This document shows positions 45,734 through 57,555 of a DNA stretch of 64,000 nt, piece after piece. The stretch spans positions 308 to 64,307 of the forward strand of contig VEQY01000016.1 of assembly GCA_018882965.1 (NCBI GenBank), in the 5' to 3' direction. The stretch is from Mycobacterium sp. GTDB taxonomy: Bacteria; Actinomycetota; Actinomycetes; Mycobacteriales; Mycobacteriaceae. Under the pieces are notes generated by a model. The model did no database searches, had not been told where the DNA came from, and was given only the letters and a program-made list of their open reading frames with translations. The first letter of the stretch is position 1; each line of letters starts with the position of its first letter. The position numbers and the translations under genes are program-made.

Positions 45734-47161
45734 TCAGGTGGACGCCTGCTCGGCGGCCACCTGTCCACTCAACCACGCCCCGTGCACCGTGGAGTGCGCG
45801 GTGGGGTGGCTGGCCTCGCCGGCCAGCCACAGCCGGTCGGCCACCGGTGCGCTCAGCGTGGCGCGGTCGTCATCACCCGAGCCGACCGCGGTGAAGGAGT
45901 ACGAACCGCGGCTGAACTCGTCGGACCACCAGTTCGACGCCTGCGCGGCGGTCGGAGTGGGCACGCGGCTGCCGTACACCCGTCGCAGCATCGCCACGGC
46001 ACGATCGGCCTGCTGGTCGACCGTCAGCGCCTCGACAGCCTCGGCGGCGGCGCCGCCGTTGAGTGCCATCAGTGCCGGCTTTCCGGTGAACCGCGCGAGG
46101 TTGTACCAGTTGGTGAACGGCGCGCCCGGGTCGGCGATCTGAATCTGGTCGACGTCATCGGCGAAGCCCTCGTCGAAACTCAAGACCAGCTTCTCGTAGC
46201 GGCCGAAGCCCAGCCGTTCGACGGCCCCCTGGTGGCCGGGCGGCAGCGCCGGGGTGAACCGGATCGCGCCCGCCTTGAGCACCCCGAGGGGCACCGTGAC
46301 GATCGCCGCGCGCGCCGTCCAGGTGTCGGTGCCCGCGCGGACCACCACCCGGTCGGGGTCATTCAGCGACACCTCGGTGACGGCGGTGGACAACCGGATC
46401 GGCATTCCCTTCGCGAGTGCGGCGGTGAGCTGGCCGTAGCCACCGGGAAAGACCAGCTGCGGTCCGGGATAGGAGTCCTCCTCGGCCAGCGCGGCCAGTG
46501 CCAGTTGCTGGGGGCTGGCACCGTAGTCGCCGGCGAACTCGATCAGCTCGGCGGAGATCCCCGGGCTCGCGCTGAGCGCACGGGCGGCCGGCGGCAGCGC
46601 GTCGATGCCTTCGCTCATCGAGACCCCGCCGGCACCGGGTTCCTCCGCGGCATCCTCGAGCAAACCCATCACCGTGCCGATTTCGGCCTCGAGCCGGCCG
46701 TCAGCGGCGGCGTCGATCGGTGTGCCCTGCGCCGAGTACCGCGCTTCCGTCCCGGATCCGTCGACGGATCCGACATCGAAAACCGTTGTGGTGATGCCTA
46801 ATTCACGGGACAGATCGAAGATCGGGTTGCCGTCGCGACCGTGAATCCACGACGCACCGAGATCCACCGGCAGATCCGGCCACGCATCCGAGGTCCAGAT
46901 GCGCCCGCCGATGCGGTCACGCGCCTCCAGTACCACGTAGCGCACGCCCGCGCGGCCCAGCACGCGGGCGGCCGCCAGCCCGGCGATCCCCGCGCCCACC
47001 ACGACCACGTCCACGTCACGCTCGCCGGTGTCGGCGGGCCGGGCAGTATCGGCGGTATCGGCGGTATCCGCGGTGTCCCGGCTGCAAACGCCGATCACCG
47101 CGGCCACACACACCGCCGTGGCACCCAACAGCAGACTGCGGCGGGTCAGATCGGGCTGCAT
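45734..47161 (-). CDS. Tat-exported flavin-dependent amine oxidase family protein
   Basis: Twin-arginine TRRSLL; VVVVGAGIAGL, LEARDRIGGRI, DLGASWIHG, LAGEA, STVHGAWLSG. Confidence 0.9.
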   Translation of the reverse strand: MQPDLTRRSLLLGATAVCVAAVIGVCSRDTADTADTADTARPADTGERDVDVVVVGAGIAGLAAARVLGRAGVRYVVLEARDRIGGRIWTSDAWPDLPVDLGASWIHGRDGNPIFDLSRELGITTTVFDVGSVDGSGTEARYSAQGTPIDAAADGRLEAEIGTVMGLLEDAAEEPGAGGVSMSEGIDALPPAARALSASPGISAELIEFAGDYGASPQQLALAALAEEDSYPGPQLVFPGGYGQLTAALAKGMPIRLSTAVTEVSLNDPDRVVVRAGTDTWTARAAIVTVPLGVLKAGAIRFTPALPPGHQGAVERLGFGRYEKLVLSFDEGFADDVDQIQIADPGAPFTNWYNLARFTGKPALMALNGGAAAEAVEALTVDQQADRAVAMLRRVYGSRVPTPTAAQASNWWSDEFSRGSYSFTAVGSGDDDRATLSAPVADRLWLAGEASHPTAHSTVHGAWLSGQVAAEQAST

Positions 47162-47174
47162 GCGTTATGACCCT

Positions 47175-47222
47175 AGACCGGGGTGACTTGAGACCGGGGT
47201 GACTTGAGACCGGGGTGACTTG
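47175..47222. repeat. Perfect 3 x 16-bp tandem repeat (AGACCGGGGTGACTTG)
   Basis: Units at 47175-190, 47191-206 and 47207-222, in a divergent intergenic region. Confidence 0.97.
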
Positions 47223-47257
47223 CACTGTCGGGGTCAGCTGTTAGCTTTCCGGCTCAC

Positions 47258-47554
47258 ATGCCGTCCCACGCCGACCTCGACCAGCTGCTCGCCGCCGCCG
47301 CCGACCTGGACGCGCACGCGGGAAACCTCCTCGCCGCGCACACCGCCGCCGACGCCGCCGCCGAGTGTGCGCTGGGCGGCTGGGCCGGGCGCTCGCGGGT
47401 GGCCATCACCGAGACTGCCGAGCGGTGGGCGGCGCTGACCACCGCCGTGGTGGCCCGCCTCGACGGCCACGCGCAGGGCCTGCGGACCAGCGCGCGCAGC
47501 TATGCGGCCGGCGACGAAGCCGGCGCGCAGGTCCTCGCGCAGATCCGCCGGTGA
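47258..47554 (+). CDS. WXG100 family (ESAT-6-like) type VII secretion protein
   Basis: 98 aa, helical, central WAG motif, C-terminal SARSYAAGDE. Confidence 0.88.
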   Translation: MPSHADLDQLLAAAADLDAHAGNLLAAHTAADAAAECALGGWAGRSRVAITETAERWAALTTAVVARLDGHAQGLRTSARSYAAGDEAGAQVLAQIRR

Positions 47555-49170
47555 CGCTGAGCCCCGCCGAACTCGATCGCTGGGATCCCGAGGCGCTGCA
47601 GGAGGTCGCCGAGGCCGCCCGGGCGCGCGCCGACTGTGCCGCGCAGCTGTCCGCGGCGCTGACCGGTTTGTCCGTCCTGACCGGCTGGACCGGCCCGGCC
47701 GCGCTGGCCGCCCGCACGGCCTTCGACCAGTCCCGCGCGCAGGTGGACGCCCACGCCGCCGAGACGCGGGCGGTGGCCGACGCCGCCGAGCGCGCCGCCG
47801 CCGATCTGCGCGCGATTAAGGCGCGGCTGCGCGAGGTCGAGGAACGCGCCGAGGCCGCCGGGATCCGCATTGATCCCGACACCGCACAGCTGTCCCCGGG
47901 ACCGGGATTCACCGGTGCCGTCCTCCTGCTCACCGAACTGGCCGATCAGCTGAGCGTGATCCTCGCCGACGCCGACGCGGTGGACGCTGAACTGGCCGCG
48001 GCCATCACCGCCGCCGGGGACCCGACCGACTCCGTTACCCGTGACGGCGTCCCGGTCGCCGAGCGCAGTGCGGCCAACATCGCGACGATGACAGCGGACC
48101 TGGACCGGGTGCGCCGTGCCGCAGCCATACACCGGGTCACCGCCTCGGAGGTCGCCGCCGATCCGGGCCGATTCGGCCTGTCCGCCGGCGAGGTCACCCG
48201 CTACCGCAATGCGGTACAGGTCCAGGAAGGCCTGATCTACAACCGCGCCCAGACCGGTGCGGAGACGCTGCTGGTCATCTATGACCCGGTGGCCTTCGGC
48301 GGGCAGGGCCGCGCGGCGATCGCGATCGGCAACCCCGACCGGGCCGCCCGCACCACGGTGATCGTGCCCGGCACCACCCACAGCGTCGCGACCGGGTGGC
48401 TGCGCTCCCCCGGTCCGGCCCTGCTGTACACCGAGACCCGCCGGGCCGACCCGAACCGGACGGGATCGGTGATCGCCTGGATGGGCTACGACGCCCCCGA
48501 CGGTCCGCTCGACGCTCGGATGGCCCAGACCGGGCTGGCCCGCAAGGGCGGGGCGCTGCTGGCCGCCGACCTCAACGCGCTCGCGGCGACCCACCCAGCA
48601 GGCGCCCGTGTGACGGTGGTCGGCCACTCTTACGGGTCGACGACGGTCGCCGACGCCGCCGCCGGCTACGCGATGCGCGCCGACGACGTCGTCCTGCTCG
48701 GCTCGCCGGGCACCGACCTGGCCCGCACGGCGGCGGATTTCCGGTTGCCCGCCGGCGGCCACGTCTATGTGGGTGCCGCCTCCACCGATCCGGTCACCAC
48801 GCTGGCGGGCATTCGCGGGGTCCTGCCCGGCACTGACGTGCCCACCGGGCAGCTGGGGCTGGGCGCCGATCCGGCGGCCGACGGGTTCGGGTCGACCCGC
48901 TTCAAGGCCGAAGCGCCGGGCTGGCGGGTGTGGAGCGATCACGGCCGCTATTTCGAGTCCGGCTCGGAGTCGCTGTTCAGCATGGCCGAGATCGCCGCCG
49001 GGCAGGGCGCGGAGTTGCAGCGCCTCGGCATGACCGCGCCGCACCGCGGTGGGCTGCTCGGCTCACTGGCCGCGCGACTGGGTCTACCGAACTGGAGTGA
49101 CCCTCTGTCCGACCCGGAGCTCTACCGCCCGGCCACCTCGGGGCATCAGCACCGCCCGGGCGGGCGCTGA
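47551..49170 (+). CDS. WXG100-like N-terminal domain fused to a DUF1023-type alpha/beta hydrolase; putative type VII effector
   Basis: GTGA coupling; LDRWDP...GWTGPAA N-terminus; GHSYG nucleophile, LLGSPG, DPV, DHGRY. Confidence 0.82.
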   Translation: MTLSPAELDRWDPEALQEVAEAARARADCAAQLSAALTGLSVLTGWTGPAALAARTAFDQSRAQVDAHAAETRAVADAAERAAADLRAIKARLREVEERAEAAGIRIDPDTAQLSPGPGFTGAVLLLTELADQLSVILADADAVDAELAAAITAAGDPTDSVTRDGVPVAERSAANIATMTADLDRVRRAAAIHRVTASEVAADPGRFGLSAGEVTRYRNAVQVQEGLIYNRAQTGAETLLVIYDPVAFGGQGRAAIAIGNPDRAARTTVIVPGTTHSVATGWLRSPGPALLYTETRRADPNRTGSVIAWMGYDAPDGPLDARMAQTGLARKGGALLAADLNALAATHPAGARVTVVGHSYGSTTVADAAAGYAMRADDVVLLGSPGTDLARTAADFRLPAGGHVYVGAASTDPVTTLAGIRGVLPGTDVPTGQLGLGADPAADGFGSTRFKAEAPGWRVWSDHGRYFESGSESLFSMAEIAAGQGAELQRLGMTAPHRGGLLGSLAARLGLPNWSDPLSDPELYRPATSGHQHRPGGR

Positions 49171-49287
49171 CCCCTGATTTCTTCATCCCGCGTTCAGCGA
49201 ACGTCACGCGGCGGCCATTACCCGGTGAAATACTCGCCACCACCACGGCTGATCGCCGAAACACATTCCCGGGGAAGCGCAGACACC

Positions 49288-51807
<2,520 letters not shown>

Positions 51808-51933
51808 TCATCTGGGCCTGTGCCACGCGGCACGCCGGGGGCCGCTCAAGTGGTGAGCCGGCCGGACCCCCCTTAGGATTCGGTTAATCCGGCGCCGCCC
51901 GACATGGCCGTCCGGCATCGACCGAGGGTGGAC

Positions 51934-52956
51934 ATGGCACAGCGCAAGCCCGACCTGCGGCTGGTGGGCGATCAGCAGCCGACGCTGCAGTTTCGAACCA
52001 TCCACGGCTACCGGCGCGCCTTCCGAATCGCCGGATCGGGCCCGGCCCTGCTGCTCATCCACGGCATCGGCGACAACTCCACCACCTGGGGCCCGGTGCA
52101 CGCCCGGCTGGCCAGCCGCTTCACCGTGATCGCGCCGGATCTGCTCGGCCACGGCCAGTCCGACAAACCCCGGGCGGACTATTCGGTGGCCGCCTACGCC
52201 AACGGGATGCGCGATCTGCTCGGCGTGCTCGACGTCGAGCGGGTCACCGTCGTCGGTCACTCGCTGGGCGGCGGGGTTGCGATGCAGTTCGCCTACCAAT
52301 TCCCGCAGCTGGTGGACAGGCTCATCCTGGTGGGTGCGGGCGGGGTCACCCGGGACGTCAACATCGCGCTGCGGCTGGCCGCGCTACCCATGGGCGGGGA
52401 GGCGCTGGCCCTGCTTCGGCTGCCGGGGGTGATGCCCGCCCTGCGGGCGGTCGGCCGGGCGATGGGGATCGTGCTCGCCCCGACCGGGGTCGGTCGCGAC
52501 ATCCCCAACCTGCTGCGGATCCTCGCCGATCTGCCCGAGCCGACGGCCTCCTCGGCGTTCACCCGCACCCTGCGCGCCGTGGTGGACTGGCGCGGTCAGG
52601 TGGTCACCATGCTGGACCGCTGCTATCTGACCGAATCCGTTCCGGTGCAACTAATTTGGGGTGAGCAGGACCTCGTCATCCCGGTCGCCCACGCGCGCAT
52701 GGCGCATGCCGCCATGCCCGGTTCGCGGCTGGAGGTCTTCGCCAAGTCCGGGCACTTCCCCTTCCACGACGACCCCGACCGCTTCATCGAGGTCGTCGAG
52801 TCCTTCATCGACTCCACCGCGCCGGCCGAATACGACCAGGCGCGGCTGCGCGAACTGCTGCGCCGGGGTAACACCGTGTCCTCGATGTCAGGCTCCGGGG
52901 AGACCTGGTACGCGGTTCTCGACGCTCTCGGTCAGGGCGAGCGCAGCGCTACCTGA
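51934..52956 (+). CDS. Alpha/beta fold hydrolase
   Basis: LLIHGIG, PDLLGHG, GHSLGGG, GHFPFHD. Confidence 0.9.
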   Translation: MAQRKPDLRLVGDQQPTLQFRTIHGYRRAFRIAGSGPALLLIHGIGDNSTTWGPVHARLASRFTVIAPDLLGHGQSDKPRADYSVAAYANGMRDLLGVLDVERVTVVGHSLGGGVAMQFAYQFPQLVDRLILVGAGGVTRDVNIALRLAALPMGGEALALLRLPGVMPALRAVGRAMGIVLAPTGVGRDIPNLLRILADLPEPTASSAFTRTLRAVVDWRGQVVTMLDRCYLTESVPVQLIWGEQDLVIPVAHARMAHAAMPGSRLEVFAKSGHFPFHDDPDRFIEVVESFIDSTAPAEYDQARLRELLRRGNTVSSMSGSGETWYAVLDALGQGERSAT

Positions 52957-53022
52957 GCGGCCGACGCGGGTAACCGGCGCATTCCCTCCCGGTCACCTCG
53001 GCCACGGGCTTACCGTGGCGAC

Positions 53023-54507
53023 ATGCTCGAAGTCTCCGAGGTCGGCAACAAGGTCGACAAGGCGGAATACAAGGCCGCCATCCCCGAGTTGCGGGTGGAC
53101 CTGATCAACGCCCAGTACGACCTGCGCAAGGCCGACTTCCCGCTGATCATCTGGATCGCCGGCGATGACCGTCTGGCCGCCAACGAACTGGTCAACCGGC
53201 TCAACGAGTGGATGGACTCCCGGTATGCCGACACCCGGGTGTTCGCCGACCCCACCGAGGAGGAGACCGAACGCCCTCAGCTGTGGCGGCTGTGGCGCTC
53301 ACTGCCGCCCAAGGGGCGCACCTCGTTCTTCGTCGGCGGGCTGATGCGGGCGGCCGGCCAGCGCGCCGCCGGGGAGATCGACGAGCCGGAGTTCTCGATC
53401 TGGCTGCGCCACATCGCCCAGATGCAGCACGCGCTGGTCGCCGACGGTGCGCTGATCCTCAAGTTCTTCCTGCACACCCCGGCGAAGGTGCAGAAGAAGA
53501 AGCTCAAGAATGCCGAGAAGCACCCCGAGTACGGCTGGCATGTGGATCAGCGCGACTGGGCCGCACTGGACTCGCTGGGCCCGGTGCTGCCGATCGCCGA
53601 ACGGATCCTGCGCGAGACCAGCGGGCCGGGCGCGCCGTGGACGATCGTGGAGTCCACCGACGCGCGCTACCGCGACCTGATGGTCGCCCGCACCATCCTG
53701 GCGGCGCTGACCGCCCGGCTCGCCGAGACCTTCCGCTACAGCGGTCCGTCGGTGGCGGAGTCGGTGTTCGGCGACCTCGACGCCACCGCCGACGTGCTCT
53801 CCGGTATCGAGTTGTCCCAGGCGATGGACCGCGAGGACTACCGGGCCAAGCTGGCCAAGCATCAGGGGCGGCTGCGCCGGCTGTCCATCGAGGCGCGCAA
53901 GCGTGGGGTGAGTACGGTGCTGGCCTTCGAGGGCTGGGACGCCGCCGGCAAGGGCGGGGTCATCCGCCGGGTCACGGGTGCGCTGGAGGCCGGCGACTTC
54001 CGGGTGATCCCGGTGGCCGCGCCCTCCGAGGAGGAGCGCAAATACCACTATCTGTGGCGGTTCTGGCGCGACCTGCCCGCAGCCGGCAACGTCTTGATCT
54101 TCGACCGGACCTGGTACGGGCGAGTGCTGGTGGAAAGGATCGAGGGTTTCGCCAATCCGGCCGAGTGGCAGCGCGCCTACGACGAGATCAACGACTTCGA
54201 AAGCCAGTTGGCCGAGCGCGGCTATTTCGTGGCCAAGTTCTGGCTGCACATCTCACCCGAGGAGCAGCTTTCCCGGTTCAAGGCCCGCGAGGACACCCCG
54301 TACAAGGCGCACAAGATCACCGACGAGGACTACCGCAACCGCGAACGGTGGGACGAGTACGTCAGGGCGGTCGACCAGATGATCCTGCGGACCACCTCCG
54401 ATCGCGCGCGCTGGCACGTGATCCCGGCCAACAGCAAGCAGCACGCGCGGATCGCCACGCTCAAGGCGGTCAACAAGGGGCTGGCCCGGGCGCTGCGGGA
54501 CGGCTGA
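53023..54507 (+). CDS. pap: Polyphosphate:AMP phosphotransferase (two-domain PPK2, class II-like)
   Basis: C-domain FEGWDAAGKGG, FDRTWYGRVLVER, WLHIS.EEQ; N-domain Walker A degenerate (IAGDDRLAA). Confidence 0.9.
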   Translation: MLEVSEVGNKVDKAEYKAAIPELRVDLINAQYDLRKADFPLIIWIAGDDRLAANELVNRLNEWMDSRYADTRVFADPTEEETERPQLWRLWRSLPPKGRTSFFVGGLMRAAGQRAAGEIDEPEFSIWLRHIAQMQHALVADGALILKFFLHTPAKVQKKKLKNAEKHPEYGWHVDQRDWAALDSLGPVLPIAERILRETSGPGAPWTIVESTDARYRDLMVARTILAALTARLAETFRYSGPSVAESVFGDLDATADVLSGIELSQAMDREDYRAKLAKHQGRLRRLSIEARKRGVSTVLAFEGWDAAGKGGVIRRVTGALEAGDFRVIPVAAPSEEERKYHYLWRFWRDLPAAGNVLIFDRTWYGRVLVERIEGFANPAEWQRAYDEINDFESQLAERGYFVAKFWLHISPEEQLSRFKAREDTPYKAHKITDEDYRNRERWDEYVRAVDQMILRTTSDRARWHVIPANSKQHARIATLKAVNKGLARALRDG

Positions 54508-54527
54508 CGGCGCCTGAGCGGTTGCGC

Positions 54528-54595
54528 ATACTCTGAGTATCTGATAAATCAAGCCTGAGTATTGGTCTAGCTAGTGCTGGCTGTTCGCTGAGTTA
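54528..54595. promoter_or_regulatory. AT-rich operator region: palindrome ATACTC-T-GAGTAT plus CTGAGT direct repeats at 54533, 54555 and 54588
   Basis: Read directly; spacings of 22 and 33 bp. Confidence 0.5.
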
Positions 54596-54609
54596 TGGCG
54601 GGGTGGGTC

Positions 54610-56112
54610 ATGAACATACGGAGCGGGGCGCTGGCGGTCGCGTTGGGCGCAGGAGGGGTGCTCCTCGCTGTTCCTGTCGTGTCGTCAGCCGACCCCGGTG
54701 AGGTGACGGGCACCGGTGTCGCGGCGTCCTCCACGGAATCGACCTCGACGCCCGCGCCGAAGCACCGAGGAGCGACCCGCCGCGATTCCGCGGACCACGC
54801 CGGGCCGGTGCGGCCGGCGAGTGCGGCGGTCACGCCGCCCGCGACGGCCCCGGTCGCCGGTGTCGCGCAGAGGCGCAGGCCATCCGCGGTGACCGCCGAC
54901 CTTGCCTCCCCGACCATCGCGCCGGTCGCCGACCGGACACCCGTTGGCGGCGCCATAGATCACCTGATGCCCATTGTCACACCAGTCAGCTGGGCCGCAC
55001 TGGCGGTGAGCCGTCGCGAGCACACCGACACCCCCGCCACGGCCACCCCGGCCGCATCAGTGACCACAGCGGCGCCGGCCGCGGGGACCGGCCCGCAGCC
55101 CGCACCGCCGGGCCCAGCCGCAGCGGCGGTCAGTCCGGCCAATCCGGTCGCCACGGTCGTCGGGCAGATCCGGGCGGTCGTCAGCGAGTTCGTGAACGCC
55201 GTCACCCAGGTGATCGCCGCGGTGGTCCAAAAGGTCACAGCGGTGATCAACCGGATCATGACCGTGTTCTCGCCCCGGGGTGATTCCGTCGACGTGGCCG
55301 ACATGCAGCTCACCACCCTGCAGTACAAAGACATCGCCGGGGTCGACCCCAACAAGCTGGCCGTGGACGTCTACACCGATCCCGATTTCTCAGACCGGCC
55401 GGTGATGATCTTCATCCACGGCGGCGGGCTGAAGAACGGCGACAAACGCAACGACGGAGCCTACCTCGCGAAAGCTCCGCACTTCGTCTCCAACGACTAC
55501 GTTTACGTATCAGTGAACTACCGCCTGAGTCCCGGTGTCGTATCCCCGTCGCATATCGAAGACGTCGCCGACGCGGTGATGTTCGTCCACGACAACATCG
55601 CCGACTACGGGGGTGACCCGAACCAGATCTTCGTGATGGGTCACTCGGCCGGCGCCTATCTTGCGACGCTGCTTGCCACCAACGAGAAGTACATCGAAGG
55701 TGCCGGTGGAGATCTGTCGATGATCAAGGGCGTGGTCTCCCTCGACGTGTGGGCCTACATGTCAGTCGCTGATTGGCAGCAGGGTGTGCTCTCGAGTGAT
55801 CCCGCGGAACGTTTCGATGCGGTCCCGGCCAATCACGTCGACAGCGACAAGGGGATCCCGCCCTTCCTGATCTTCTATCGCGATGGCAGCAGCCAGGAAT
55901 CGGTCACCCGAGACCAAACGGCATTCAGCGACCTGCTCCTCGCGAACGGCGTTCCCGCGGCCTCTGTCTTGGGCGTGAATGACGATCACATCGAGCTGAA
56001 CCGGGAAGTCGGTACCGTCGGCGACGAGAAGACTGCGATCATCATGGAGTTTCTGGCCGATCCGACCCGGGTCGCCTCGATCGCGGCCGGGTACGGGTTC
56101 ACCGCGACCTAG
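54610..56112 (+). CDS. Secreted HSL-family esterase/lipase with long Ala/Pro/Thr-rich N-terminal linker
   Basis: Signal ALAVALGAGG; IFIHGGG, SVNYRL, MGHSAGA, DDHIE. Confidence 0.87.
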   Translation: MNIRSGALAVALGAGGVLLAVPVVSSADPGEVTGTGVAASSTESTSTPAPKHRGATRRDSADHAGPVRPASAAVTPPATAPVAGVAQRRRPSAVTADLASPTIAPVADRTPVGGAIDHLMPIVTPVSWAALAVSRREHTDTPATATPAASVTTAAPAAGTGPQPAPPGPAAAAVSPANPVATVVGQIRAVVSEFVNAVTQVIAAVVQKVTAVINRIMTVFSPRGDSVDVADMQLTTLQYKDIAGVDPNKLAVDVYTDPDFSDRPVMIFIHGGGLKNGDKRNDGAYLAKAPHFVSNDYVYVSVNYRLSPGVVSPSHIEDVADAVMFVHDNIADYGGDPNQIFVMGHSAGAYLATLLATNEKYIEGAGGDLSMIKGVVSLDVWAYMSVADWQQGVLSSDPAERFDAVPANHVDSDKGIPPFLIFYRDGSSQESVTRDQTAFSDLLLANGVPAASVLGVNDDHIELNREVGTVGDEKTAIIMEFLADPTRVASIAAGYGFTAT

Positions 56113-56229
56113 CGGTGAACCTGCCCAACAGGTCGCTACCACGGAATAACATCTTCCGATGGCTCAGCCCGAGGGGATGCAGACGCGTCACGCTCCACCG
56201 ATCCTGTTGGCGGTCCCCCGAGGGGCCCG

Positions 56230-57555
56230 GTGATGACCGCCTCGACCGTTGCCGCGCGGAGACCGCCCTTGGTCAGGTCCACGCCGATCCTCGGTCCGAT
56301 CCGGCCGTTCCTCGGTGACGTGCTGCCGTTCCTGACCGAGATGCGCGCGACTTACGGCGATGCGTTCCGGTTGCGGATGGTGAACCTTGAACTGACCTGC
56401 CTGCTCGGCCCGGACGCGATCGCGCTGCTGCAGGCCGACAGCGGGTTGCGCACCGGCACCGCCATGCACGTCCTCAACGAGGAGATGCACAGCCTTCTGC
56501 CCAGCATGATCGACGGCCCGAACCGCAAGGCGATCCGCAAGTCGCATCACCAGTTCATGACCCACAGCCTGGAGTCGACGCGGCGGGTGGACATCCAGCG
56601 CTGGCTCGACGACCACACCAGCCGGTGGGAGCCGGGCGCGCGGCTTGACGTGCTCAGCGAGGCCCAGACCCAGACCGTGGACGTGCTGTCGCGGCTGTTG
56701 AACGGCGAGCCGTTCCCCTTCACGAAGCGAGAGCTGGGCCTGGTGGTCCACACGATGATCTGGGCGACATTCGGACACGCCCCCCGCCTGGTGCTGCGCA
56801 ACCCGGCGTACCGGTCGGTGCAGCGCCGCATGCGCGCGCACCTGCTGGACCTGGTCGCCGCGATCCGCTCGGACCCCAAGCGGGTCGCCTCGACCCTGGT
56901 CGGTCATTACCTGACGTTCCCGCCGCCACCGGAGCTCGGCGAGTGGACCGACAGCGACTTGGTCTCGGTGCCGTACGGCGCGTACCTCGCCGGATTCGAC
57001 ACCGTCGCGTCCGCGGCATCGTTTCTGCTCTACCGACTGCTGTCCAACCCCGAGGCGCTGGCGCGGGTCCGCGACGAACACGACGCGCTCTCCGACGACG
57101 CCACCGGCCCGGTCGACCCGGCCTCGCAGAAGTACCTGCGCGCCGCGTTCCTGGAAACGGTACGGCTGAACCCGCCGGGTTCGACCGTGCTGCGCTTCGC
57201 CGAGCGCGACATCGAGTTCGGCGGCTACACCGTCCGTAAGGGTGACGAGGTGCTCATCGTGATCGCCGGCGACCATCTCAACGCAGAGTTGTTCCCCGAT
57301 CCCCGACGGTTCGACCCCGACCGATTCCTGCAACCCGGCGTCGCCGACCTCAAACGCCGGGTACTGCCGTTCGGCAGCGGCATCCACCGGTGCACCGGAT
57401 CCACGATCGGCGAACTCATCGCCGTGGAGATGGTGTCGAACTGGGTGAACAGCTTCGACCTCGAACTCGACCTGGGCCGCCGGGGTCTGCGCACGACCGC
57501 CCGACCCTTCACCCAGCCCAGCGGACTCCGGGTCCGGGTCGTGGCGCGCCGCTAG
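56230..57555 (+). CDS. Cytochrome P450
   Basis: I-helix LAGFDT, ETVRLNPP (ExxR), FDPDRF, FGSGIHRCTG heme motif. Confidence 0.96.
   Translation: MMTASTVAARRPPLVRSTPILGPIRPFLGDVLPFLTEMRATYGDAFRLRMVNLELTCLLGPDAIALLQADSGLRTGTAMHVLNEEMHSLLPSMIDGPNRKAIRKSHHQFMTHSLESTRRVDIQRWLDDHTSRWEPGARLDVLSEAQTQTVDVLSRLLNGEPFPFTKRELGLVVHTMIWATFGHAPRLVLRNPAYRSVQRRMRAHLLDLVAAIRSDPKRVASTLVGHYLTFPPPPELGEWTDSDLVSVPYGAYLAGFDTVASAASFLLYRLLSNPEALARVRDEHDALSDDATGPVDPASQKYLRAAFLETVRLNPPGSTVLRFAERDIEFGGYTVRKGDEVLIVIAGDHLNAELFPDPRRFDPDRFLQPGVADLKRRVLPFGSGIHRCTGSTIGELIAVEMVSNWVNSFDLELDLGRRGLRTTARPFTQPSGLRVRVVARR

Noticed and set aside
47046-47080. 9-bp repeats encoding DTADTADTA in the amine oxidase
   Set aside because: Ordinary linker expansion after a signal peptide
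47175-47222. CRISPR or iteron interpretation of the 16-bp repeat
   Set aside because: No spacers, no cas or rep gene in the window
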